Made by a program: the position numbers and the translations under genes. The notes beneath the pieces were generated by a model. It was given only the letters and a program-made list of their open reading frames with translations. It had not been told where the DNA came from and made no database searches. From the IMG/VR virus record IMGVR_UViG_3300045943_000001, positions 1-64,000 of that record: a stretch of DNA of 64,000 nt. One strand, 5' to 3'. Positions 26,338 to 34,531 of this stretch are shown in pieces (the stretch's first letter is position 1; the number at the start of each line of letters is the position of its first letter). The stretch comes from a virus.

Positions 26338-27120
26338 ATGTCTTTCCCTCAAGATCAGATCCAGCGTCGTCCGCAGACCATGTTCAACGACTTCCGTTAT
26401 CCGATGCCCACTTCGGATAAGCCAGTTGAAGGTGCCAAATATCCAGCACGCTGGACTTGGGAATGTGGCTTGAATGGTAACATCTATTTCAAAGTCAATG
26501 ACGGCGTTTGGGGTCAACAAGACAAGAACGCAAAAAGTAAAGAAGTTGAACTGTCTGTATTCGACCGCGGCGCTCTGTTTGGTTTGATTGAAGAAGCGAT
26601 TCGTAATCCTGACTTTACCAAATCTCAGTACCTGGTCAAGAAAACAACCTTCGGTCAGGGCGGTCGCATGAACGACCATCCATCCATCTTGGCGACCTTT
26701 ACGATCATTCGTGATGCCGAAGGTTGTATCAAAGTGGGGTACACCAAAGGCACCTATAAAGTGATGTTCCCGTTCACTTCTCCGTATGACTCAGTGATTT
26801 TGATGGCGGGTCCTGGTGGTGGCGAACCGGTTGAAAATCGTGGCCTGATGTCGCGCGTCTACGCTAAAGCATTTATCGATTTCTCCAGAGTTAAACTGGA
26901 CGATTACGAATTCACTAACTTCAAACCTCGTGAGAAGAAAGGTGAAGGTAATAACAGTGGTGGCGGCCGCGGGGGAAACAACTGGGGTGGAAACAGCAAC
27001 TCAGGCGGCAACCAGGGCGGCGGTTCAAACTGGAACGGAAATGGTGGTGGTAACTCAGGTGGCGGTCAGCAGACTCGTCAAACCTCTACCCCTGACTTCG
27101 ACGACGACATTGATTTTTAA
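26338..27120 (+). CDS. ssDNA-binding-like protein with Gly/Asn-rich linker and acidic SSB-type tip
   Basis: The C terminus is a G/N low-complexity stretch (26941-27066) ending PDFDDDIDF (27094-27117). I recall E. coli SSB ending ...DFDDDIPF. aaagga RBS, biased codons, terminator at 27134. Confidence 0.6.
   Translation: MSFPQDQIQRRPQTMFNDFRYPMPTSDKPVEGAKYPARWTWECGLNGNIYFKVNDGVWGQQDKNAKSKEVELSVFDRGALFGLIEEAIRNPDFTKSQYLVKKTTFGQGGRMNDHPSILATFTIIRDAEGCIKVGYTKGTYKVMFPFTSPYDSVILMAGPGGGEPVENRGLMSRVYAKAFIDFSRVKLDDYEFTNFKPREKKGEGNNSGGGRGGNNWGGNSNSGGNQGGGSNWNGNGGGNSGGGQQTRQTSTPDFDDDIDF
26941..27066 (+). repeat. coding low-complexity Gly/Asn tract
   Basis: GEGNNSGGGRGGNNWGGNSNSGGNQGGGSNWNGNGGGNSGGG, built from GGN/AAC-rich DNA. 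Confidence 0.85.
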
Positions 27121-27133
27121 TACGTAACACTCT

Positions 27134-27163
27134 TAGAGAGCATTCCTCGCGGAATGCTCTCTA
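27134..27163 (+). terminator. hairpin after the SSB-like gene
   Basis: 13-bp stem tagagagcattcc / ggaatgctctcta, loop tcgc. No adjacent U tract. Confidence 0.55.
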
Positions 27164-27254
27164 GCTACTATGCTGTCTTTTATTAAAAACACGGGCTTCA
27201 ATTAATAGGTCACTCAAAGTCTTCTTTTATATACGCCTAAATAATCTTGAACAG

Positions 27255-27281
27255 ATATTATCGGAGTGTATAACCTATAAT
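27255..27281 (+). promoter_or_regulatory. candidate phage promoter (fullest version of the box)
   Basis: ATATTATC-ggag-TGTATAACCTATAAT, 45 nt before ATG 27300 and downstream of hairpin 27134. Confidence 0.45.
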
Positions 27282-27299
27282 AGTTATTGGAGATGAACT

Positions 27300-28931
27300 A
27301 TGCAATACCTTACTCGTATGTCGGGTAAAAAGAATATCGACGCCATTAAGGTTATCCATAATGGTGAAGAGTTAGTCTTCAATGGTAGCCAAAAGGTAAA
27401 CGGTGGTGATGCCAACCAAGAACTCTTTGAGTATCTAAACGAATTCTTTCTCGGTTGTTCTCAGGACAGATTAGATAAACTTTGGTCTCTGATGAAGGAC
27501 GCCAAACGTATTCTGTCGCCAGGGTATTTTGACGAACCTGAAACTGAAGAACTGCTGGAACTTCGTAAATATAATCAGGACTATAAGTTCCTGACACGTA
27601 AACTCGAAGATGTCATAAATGAGATGTATCGGGAATTTAAACCCAATGACATCGTTTATGGTGCGACGGTTACTGGCAGAACGAATCCACCGAAAGATCT
27701 GATGGCTATGTCTCAGCTGGGAGATTATCCAGAAGAAACTACCATTGACCCACGTAAGTATGTTGAACTTGTCAAGTTAGCATTTGCTACTCAACTCTGT
27801 TTTCCTGTGGTTAATCAGCTTCTTGATCATGTATCAATCATGGCGGGTAAAGACAGCAAAGATGCTGTAGCGGGTGAATATCTGATCTCTAAGATCAAAC
27901 CGTTAACAGAGATGACTGGTTGGACAATTCTGGATACATATGTTCGTGCATCATGTTTGCGTCAAGAATCGCGTCGTAATACCATTGCGGTGACAAGCGA
28001 TGTTAAAGCCATCAATAGCATCGTTTATAAAGGTTTGTTCAACAAACTGTGTCTGACCTTCCTGCCGAGTAAGATTAACGGTAAGAACTTATCTAAGGAA
28101 TTAAACTCCTTAGTGGAAGGTGAACTGCGTGGAACATCTGACGTCAAATTCAAAACGTATAATGATCCGAAACCTGGTTCCGATGATCAATCCATTCCAG
28201 AAAGTTATCGTATCACTCAGGCAGTAAATGGTACAGATGAATTGGCGCAAGCCGAATATTTCACCTTTGATCTGTACATTGAGTCTGAAGGACTTGATGA
28301 TTTTGGTGAACCCACAACGATCTGGTTGAAGAAGAACAAAGACTTCTTCTATTATCAGTGTTTGGGCTTTGGGATTAAGAATCAGAAGTTAGCCGAGAAA
28401 CTCTTTAACACACTTCCTCGTGTATGGAACTTTCGTTTGACCATGATTCACCTGAAACTACTTCAGTTAACTTTCCAAAATGACATCAACTATAACTTGT
28501 ATCCGGCATTGAAATATGACCAGTTAATGGCAGCGATTTGTCTGGCACAAGTGAAGTTGTTTGAGATGGGCTACGAACACTTAGCACAGCTGTGTTCGAT
28601 TATCCGTAATCCAAGTTATCCAACAGTGTTCCTGGATGATGACTTTAAACTCAATACCAAAGATCGCGATACACTGGTTGAGATGTGCGACATTTATGTT
28701 GGGCAATCGACATCCAGTACAGATAACATCCTGGTTAAAGCAGCAACCGATTTACTGGATGAATTAAGTACCTCAGGCTGGGATTCTACAATTGAACCTG
28801 GTCTACTCGGTAATCCTGATTTTGTTGCGGTGATGTCAACGGGACAATTGTACCAAGTTGATCTTACACCTGCGATCAAACGCGAGCTTATCGATCTTAT
28901 TAAACAGTCAAATACTTTAGAGGCAGAATAA
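27300..28931 (+). CDS. hypothetical protein (543 aa)
   Basis: ggaga RBS and a promoter-like box at 27255-27281. First gene of a coupled three-gene block. Confidence 0.85.
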   Translation: MQYLTRMSGKKNIDAIKVIHNGEELVFNGSQKVNGGDANQELFEYLNEFFLGCSQDRLDKLWSLMKDAKRILSPGYFDEPETEELLELRKYNQDYKFLTRKLEDVINEMYREFKPNDIVYGATVTGRTNPPKDLMAMSQLGDYPEETTIDPRKYVELVKLAFATQLCFPVVNQLLDHVSIMAGKDSKDAVAGEYLISKIKPLTEMTGWTILDTYVRASCLRQESRRNTIAVTSDVKAINSIVYKGLFNKLCLTFLPSKINGKNLSKELNSLVEGELRGTSDVKFKTYNDPKPGSDDQSIPESYRITQAVNGTDELAQAEYFTFDLYIESEGLDDFGEPTTIWLKKNKDFFYYQCLGFGIKNQKLAEKLFNTLPRVWNFRLTMIHLKLLQLTFQNDINYNLYPALKYDQLMAAICLAQVKLFEMGYEHLAQLCSIIRNPSYPTVFLDDDFKLNTKDRDTLVEMCDIYVGQSTSSTDNILVKAATDLLDELSTSGWDSTIEPGLLGNPDFVAVMSTGQLYQVDLTPAIKRELIDLIKQSNTLEAE

Positions 28932-28933
28932 TT

Positions 28934-30472
28934 ATGAGCGGCATCGAATTAGTATCAGCAAAAGCTGGCATGACCAACTACTATCATAATCAAGTGGTTC
29001 GTAACCAAGCGATGGATATTCCGACGCAGTTGATTGATGAGTTAACGTATGAAAATCATGCCGGCGGTGTTAAGGGTTCGACGCTGTTACATGCGGCAGT
29101 CATGTCTGGTAAACTGAATGCACAGGCGGCAGGCATGGCGAGTATTCAAGGCGGCTGGAACGAATCCAAAGGTCTGATGCTCCTTAAGTTTGTGACACAA
29201 AACTCACCGGTTCTGGTTGAGTACATGGAAGTACTGGGTTATGTTTCTAACAATGCCGCGCAGGGAGCGCTGACTTTGGATGCGGTATTCCATCCAGTAA
29301 TGTCTTGGCGCACCAAAGAAACACTAACCGCGAACATGGGTGATATCGCTAACCCAACCAGTATTCAACGTCAAATCGGTAATCGTACTGACTACATGTT
29401 CAATGACGGTTCTTCGGCTGATAATCTGGTAACCATACGTCCTTCTGATGTTATTGAATACGGCCTGGAATCAGCTAGCCGCGGTGATATCTTAAACCGT
29501 ATGGAAGATGAGGGGATGGACGGATTCCATCCAGTGGTAAATCCAGCGAGTGCCTCGATTGGTCGGTCAGGTATTATCACATCTAAACGTGCTAACACCA
29601 ACCCAAGCAGTTGGGCCAAAGATATCTTGCAAGCAGGTGTGAATTATCAGGCGAGTACCATGATGACCGGCAACATGGATATCGGTGTCACGGAAAATGC
29701 ATTTGACGGGATGTTTGGTGAATTGAACAATCTGAGTTATCAGGCCCAACAGAATGAGCCTCAGGTTTTGAAAGATCCATTCTTCCGTGAGATGATGCAG
29801 CAGTTAGGCGTCATGCAAACTCGTGGTTTCACCGGTTACAGCATCGGTGATCTTGAACTGGCTTTCCCTAACATTAATGACGTGTTGGACTTGACTTATA
29901 TGGATGCAAGTCAGTTCGATCTGGCCGACTTCACCCAGAACACTCAGCAGTTCGGTACTTCTCAGTTTGCTGAGATTATCGCATCTGAGTTAGAAGCCAA
30001 CATGTTGGATCTGATGTTACAAGCCGGTTTGAATGGTATTTCATTCCGTGGTTCAAACTGTGATAAACTCGATGGTGATGGCGGTTTGGATAATATTGTT
30101 ATCCTGCCATATGCACCTGCATCTCTCCAGGAGGATGACTATCAGTTAGGTCAGCGTTGCGATAAGTTTGTTCGTAACTTGACCAGTCAAATCTTCACCC
30201 GCCTGAATGGCTTAACCATCAACCAGATGACACCTGTTCGCTTTAACGTTACAGCAGAACTCTTCGGCACTACCACAATCGATCTCCAGATCGTTACCGA
30301 AGATACACTGACAATGGGATTCTCCGCGGAAGACACCAATGCACCTGTTGGTATTGTACGTGCCTTCCCAACCTTTGCGATCAACGCGACCAGTCCAATC
30401 CTGGGTACCAGTGAATCTGCACAAGAAGCCGGTTCTAACTTCTTCACCAACATTGAGAGCTATTTCGGATGA
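28934..30472 (+). CDS. hypothetical protein (512 aa)
   Basis: ATG 2 nt after the upstream stop, with gaggcag upstream. Confidence 0.85.
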   Translation: MSGIELVSAKAGMTNYYHNQVVRNQAMDIPTQLIDELTYENHAGGVKGSTLLHAAVMSGKLNAQAAGMASIQGGWNESKGLMLLKFVTQNSPVLVEYMEVLGYVSNNAAQGALTLDAVFHPVMSWRTKETLTANMGDIANPTSIQRQIGNRTDYMFNDGSSADNLVTIRPSDVIEYGLESASRGDILNRMEDEGMDGFHPVVNPASASIGRSGIITSKRANTNPSSWAKDILQAGVNYQASTMMTGNMDIGVTENAFDGMFGELNNLSYQAQQNEPQVLKDPFFREMMQQLGVMQTRGFTGYSIGDLELAFPNINDVLDLTYMDASQFDLADFTQNTQQFGTSQFAEIIASELEANMLDLMLQAGLNGISFRGSNCDKLDGDGGLDNIVILPYAPASLQEDDYQLGQRCDKFVRNLTSQIFTRLNGLTINQMTPVRFNVTAELFGTTTIDLQIVTEDTLTMGFSAEDTNAPVGIVRAFPTFAINATSPILGTSESAQEAGSNFFTNIESYFG

Positions 30473-31938
30473 ACAAATTAAATAAAATCTATGAAGCAAT
30501 GCTGAAGTCTTTCGGTTGCAAGTTTACCGAAGACTACGCAGTTGTACTGAACATGTCCGGCGTTGACGTACCCGTTAAAGTAGATCATAAACAAATGTAT
30601 CTACCAACCTCTGAAAACCTGAACGGCGTAACTATCGGTAAAGTGTTCTTCCATCCGGCATGCGAATCTATCATGTCGAAAGAAACCGAAGTGTTCAAAG
30701 TCATCCGTAAACTGACTGCGGCTAAAATCTATTCCGTGTTCCAACCAATTTTCGACGTCATCTTAAATGTGGCGGCTAAGAAATCGGGTAAAACACTGAG
30801 CGGCAAAATGCTGGAGCAGATGGAGCCGTTTAAAGCAGTGACAAAAACGGTCAAGCAAGAAGTGTACGACGTAATCAAAACCATTTCTATCGACATCGAA
30901 GATCAAGGTATTGATTCTCGTCTGATTAACTTCTCGTTGATCAAAGGTGGGAAAACTGATAATGATGAAACAGCGTACTATACAGCTACGCCGAGTTTCC
31001 CGTTCTATACTGAACTGTATCGCGTGGTGAGTCAGCACGATCACTTGAAACCATCTGAACGCGTGACGTTTAATGGTCAGAACGTAACTATGCAGGCATT
31101 GAACGTTGTTATTGCCCTGTTCGAGCTGGCGCTACCCTCATGTGTGGATCCAAGCCGTAAGAAGTATTCGTCTACGTCTCCAGATGCGGCTCGACTGATT
31201 GCATACCTGCACTCGTATGCTCTGGTCGCCTCTGACTTGAATGCACTGATCGGTAAATTCCGCAAAGAGTTTGATGCTATCGGTATTTACGGGATTGACT
31301 TGGATTGGATTTCTGACCTGGATGAAATTGGTGAGCTGAAATCTCTGATTCCGGCTATGGATTATAATAACTATAATCTGACCTCTAGTCCGGACACTGC
31401 CAACTCTGTCAACACCAACCGTATCAGTAGCTTCAATCCGGCAGCGGGTTTGTTTAGCATGGGTGGTGGCAATAACAATCATGTAACACATCAGACAAAT
31501 ACCCCGCCGGCAGCACCTAAAGCACCTGATGCACTACCAGGTGAACATTATCTGGGCGCCGAGTATTCACAGAACAATGGTATCTATGAATACAAGTATC
31601 AGCAACAAAACGGTATGATCCGCGTTAAACGTCTGGCTGAAGATGGTCGTTTTATTTCCGAAGACTTCCAATATCCTCAGAATAACGGTAATGTTGGTAT
31701 GCCAATGAACATGAACCCAATGATGATGAATCCCATGATGATGAACCAGATGATGATGGCTAATGCCAACTTGGTTCCACTCGTCGGGATGAACCAGGGC
31801 GGCAACGGTTCATTTGTTATGGATCCGTATTCTCGTCAACCAGTCATGTCCAACGGTTTGGTAACCAATAACGGTTTGAGTCAATCTGCATTCCCGCAAG
31901 ATAATGGAATGTATAACGGCGTAAACAACGGATACTAA
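30469..31938 (+). CDS. hypothetical protein (489 aa) with N/G/Q/M-rich low-complexity C-terminal third
   Basis: ATGA overlap. The tail contains NMNPMMMNPMMMNQMMM, encoded by a 3 x 15-nt repeat. Confidence 0.85.
   Translation: MNKLNKIYEAMLKSFGCKFTEDYAVVLNMSGVDVPVKVDHKQMYLPTSENLNGVTIGKVFFHPACESIMSKETEVFKVIRKLTAAKIYSVFQPIFDVILNVAAKKSGKTLSGKMLEQMEPFKAVTKTVKQEVYDVIKTISIDIEDQGIDSRLINFSLIKGGKTDNDETAYYTATPSFPFYTELYRVVSQHDHLKPSERVTFNGQNVTMQALNVVIALFELALPSCVDPSRKKYSSTSPDAARLIAYLHSYALVASDLNALIGKFRKEFDAIGIYGIDLDWISDLDEIGELKSLIPAMDYNNYNLTSSPDTANSVNTNRISSFNPAAGLFSMGGGNNNHVTHQTNTPPAAPKAPDALPGEHYLGAEYSQNNGIYEYKYQQQNGMIRVKRLAEDGRFISEDFQYPQNNGNVGMPMNMNPMMMNPMMMNQMMMANANLVPLVGMNQGGNGSFVMDPYSRQPVMSNGLVTNNGLSQSAFPQDNGMYNGVNNGY
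31714..31758 (+). repeat. 3 x 15-nt in-frame tandem repeat
   Basis: aacccaatgatgatg / aatcccatgatgatg / aaccagatgatgatg, encoding NPMMM-NPMMM-NQMMM. Confidence 0.9.
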
Positions 31939-31960
31939 TCAGTAAATAGAAAGTAAATAA

Positions 31961-31988
31961 CTACTCCCTACGATATCGTAGGGAGTAG
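31961..31988. terminator. bidirectional terminator between convergent genes
   Basis: Stem ctactccctacga / tcgtagggagtag. Confidence 0.7.
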
Positions 31989-32004
31989 CTTACTGTTTAA
32001 TTTT

Positions 32005-32349
32005 TTATTGTCTTACTGTGCGGGTACTTTGTATCAACATATCAATCTGTTCGGACGTAACGGTATAAATACCTTTTAGATGACTAAAGTCTTGGTTAGG
32101 ATTCTCAATACCATTAATAAAGGAAATTGTCCAGATCAGCTCCTCAGGTATTGCAGTCATCCCGCTTGTACTGGTTCTTAACTGGCGCAAGAATTTATGG
32201 AAGTTGTATCGATACGCAAATTTAATACCCGATTCAATAAATGGGGTAAAGGATGCGTTCTCTAATAAAACCTCTTTACAGGAACGTATAATGACTTTGT
32301 ATTCATCGGTGTAGTAAAGATCATCTCCACCGGTATAAGGAAGAGGCAT
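32005..32349 (-). CDS. hypothetical protein (114 aa)
   Basis: Lone minus-strand gene with a ggag RBS. Shares the bidirectional hairpin at 31961-31988. Confidence 0.7.
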   Translation of the reverse strand: MPLPYTGGDDLYYTDEYKVIIRSCKEVLLENASFTPFIESGIKFAYRYNFHKFLRQLRTSTSGMTAIPEELIWTISFINGIENPNQDFSHLKGIYTVTSEQIDMLIQSTRTVRQ

Positions 32350-32391
32350 TTTGAATCTCCAATAATTTTCTTGCTAAAGATAATCAAGCAG

Positions 32392-32411
32392 ATATTATCT
32401 TTATGTATAAT
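32392..32411 (+). promoter_or_regulatory. candidate phage promoter
   Basis: ATATTATC-ttta-TGTATAAT, 40 nt before the RNAP beta ATG. It overlaps the 9-bp inverted repeat aaagataat / attatcttt (32376-32402). Confidence 0.45.
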
Positions 32412-32431
32412 GAAAAGAGGTATTACGCAAC

Positions 32432-34531
32432 ATGGATCAGCACAATCAGATAAAACCGAATACGGCCGGCGTCGCTATCGGAATGAACACAAACAGGGCA
32501 ACCAACTCCCCTTCTCGTTTGTATATGCTCGGGAAGAACCAGGGTAAGGCTGCTGTAATCCACGGTACAACCAATCGTAAATATATTTCCGGTGACGAAC
32601 AGGAATATGCGAAAGGTGCTCGTAAAGTAGAAACCAATTCGGATGTAGAGGTCGAAGAGATCCTCTTTGTTCGTAATATCCTTAACGATAAGGAACCCAA
32701 CCAGTGGGGCTCTCACTTCATCATTGTCAAGGATCTGGAAACCGGTCTTTATGACGTCATTGAGATGGCTAAGTTCCACACTCAAAATATGGATCTTGGG
32801 TTCGAGTATCAGTACGATAAAGATCTATTACGATCTGTGGAGAAAGGTGCCCGGTTTCGTAAAGGAACTGTATTTGGAACTTCTGCACGTATCACTGAAA
32901 GTAACGAATGGGTCCCGGGTGTGGAAACCAAAGTTGCGGCGATGTCTCACGTTTATACCGAAGAGGACGCAGTAGTCATCTTTGAACATTATGCCAAGAA
33001 GATCGGTGTAACATTTAAACGCAGTCACGACTTCCAGTGGGATGAAGATGAGTATATTCCATTGAACCTCTATGGAACAATTGATAATCCTCAACCATTT
33101 CCATTATCGGGTGAAGCTGTTCGTGCAGACGGCATCGTCATGGGCTTTCGGCGTAAAGATGCAGACACCGCTATGGCGGCATTGACCAAATCAGCATTGA
33201 TGAGACCGGATCCTATTTATGACGTATTGTATCACGTAACCAGTCCTAACTGTGTTGTTGCTGATATCGAAGTTACCACGGAGCGTTATAAGAACGTTTC
33301 TAATAACAAACGTGCCGAGAAACGCAGTCAACCTCATACTGTCATTCTGGAACGTATCGAAGAAGCCCAGAACGATTTCGCTAACTCTATTGTGAAATGG
33401 TTCAAAGAAAAACAACGCATCTATAAAGACAAGAAGGTTCCGATTTCTCGTGCGCTGTGGAATCTGATCTGCTTTGAAGGCATGGGTGGGATTACGCGTG
33501 ACTTCAGTACACCAACCAGTCAAGGTCGGTATAATAAAGTTAAACGCAAAACCGGTAATATCCAGTTGAAAGACTGGCGTGTAAAGATCCATTTGCGTGA
33601 AGACGTGGAAGGTAAGACACGCTTTAAGAATACCGGTATGGACGGTAACAAATCGATTATCATGAAAGTCCTGCCATCTTACATGGCGCCAGTGGATGAT
33701 CATGGTAATGTGGCTGACATGATCGTGGGTAACACCCCTGGTTATCGTCGCCAGATTTATAACTCGTTCATGGAACTGGACATCAACTTCATCAATATCC
33801 ATCTGTATCCGAAGATCGTGGAAGCTTATAATAACAAAGACTATGCAACAGCATGGGACATTGCTTATAAGTTCTATGAGACGGCCTCTCCAGAACACGG
33901 TGCCATTATGGACACCTTTACTGAAGAGATGCGGATGAAACACTTACAATGGATCATGGCAGACGAGAACGAGTTTGCCGCGGTGGGTAATAACACCAAT
34001 GACCTGCAAGGTGTAAAGATCATTGAGCGATTTGTTGATCGGTATCCTGATATCCAACCTACACCTGTTACATTCGTTAACCCGTGGGGTGAAAAGAAAC
34101 GCAGTCGTCACCCAATCGTTATCAGTAGTGTGTATTACATTATGTTGGATAAGTTTGGTGATGATATCTCCTGCCAGTCTACTCCGAAGCTGAACATCTT
34201 TGGGCTACCAACTTCTTTGTCTAAGCATGAACGTGCACGTGATTTCTATCGTGCTACGCTGAACCGAAATGTGGGTGAAACCGAAGGTCGTCTGTTTATC
34301 AATCAGAAAGGTGGTGCAGCAGCAACGCGAATGTTGGCCTGGGCAAACTCCGCTGAACTGTTAGAAGCTTCGGTCGAACGTTTGATCCGTGCAGAAAACC
34401 CTTTCCTGATTCCGGAGTTGATCAAACCGGGTGAAGAGAGAAAGAACCACTCCCTTCAGGTAATTGATAACATGTTCTCTGATTTTGGCTTAGTATTAAG
34501 GAAAGAGCGTGAAAACGATAAAGTTACGTGA
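32432..34531 (+). CDS. multisubunit RNAP beta subunit, C-terminal fragment
   Basis: GKTRFKNTGMDGNKSIIMKVLP..APVDDHGNVADMIVGNTPG aligns with the beta motif GDKxAGRHGNKGVxSKIxP...DGTPVDIVLNPLG (GMDGNKS at 33635-33655). Downstream, YYIMLDKFGDD..NVGETEGRLF resembles YxxKLxHxVDDK..FGEME. Confidence 0.85.
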   Translation: MDQHNQIKPNTAGVAIGMNTNRATNSPSRLYMLGKNQGKAAVIHGTTNRKYISGDEQEYAKGARKVETNSDVEVEEILFVRNILNDKEPNQWGSHFIIVKDLETGLYDVIEMAKFHTQNMDLGFEYQYDKDLLRSVEKGARFRKGTVFGTSARITESNEWVPGVETKVAAMSHVYTEEDAVVIFEHYAKKIGVTFKRSHDFQWDEDEYIPLNLYGTIDNPQPFPLSGEAVRADGIVMGFRRKDADTAMAALTKSALMRPDPIYDVLYHVTSPNCVVADIEVTTERYKNVSNNKRAEKRSQPHTVILERIEEAQNDFANSIVKWFKEKQRIYKDKKVPISRALWNLICFEGMGGITRDFSTPTSQGRYNKVKRKTGNIQLKDWRVKIHLREDVEGKTRFKNTGMDGNKSIIMKVLPSYMAPVDDHGNVADMIVGNTPGYRRQIYNSFMELDINFINIHLYPKIVEAYNNKDYATAWDIAYKFYETASPEHGAIMDTFTEEMRMKHLQWIMADENEFAAVGNNTNDLQGVKIIERFVDRYPDIQPTPVTFVNPWGEKKRSRHPIVISSVYYIMLDKFGDDISCQSTPKLNIFGLPTSLSKHERARDFYRATLNRNVGETEGRLFINQKGGAAATRMLAWANSAELLEASVERLIRAENPFLIPELIKPGEERKNHSLQVIDNMFSDFGLVLRKERENDKVT

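Noticed and set aside
26930-27127. 65-aa alternative-frame ORF over the Gly/Asn tract, and the GC-rich patch with a NotI site as a possible foreign insert
   Set aside because: This is a by-product of the repetitive GGN/AAC coding sequence of the SSB-like tail. The in-frame acidic tip argues that the main frame is real.
31714-31758. Short tandem repeats as a possible CRISPR or regulatory array
   Set aside because: There are only three contiguous 15-nt units with no spacers, and they lie in frame within a long ORF. This is a coding repeat.
33191-33943. 250-aa minus-strand ORF antisense to the RNAP beta gene
   Set aside because: It is a shadow ORF opposite a motif-bearing gene. It has odd composition (His/Phe/Cys/Trp-rich), no RBS, and is fully contained in the sense gene.
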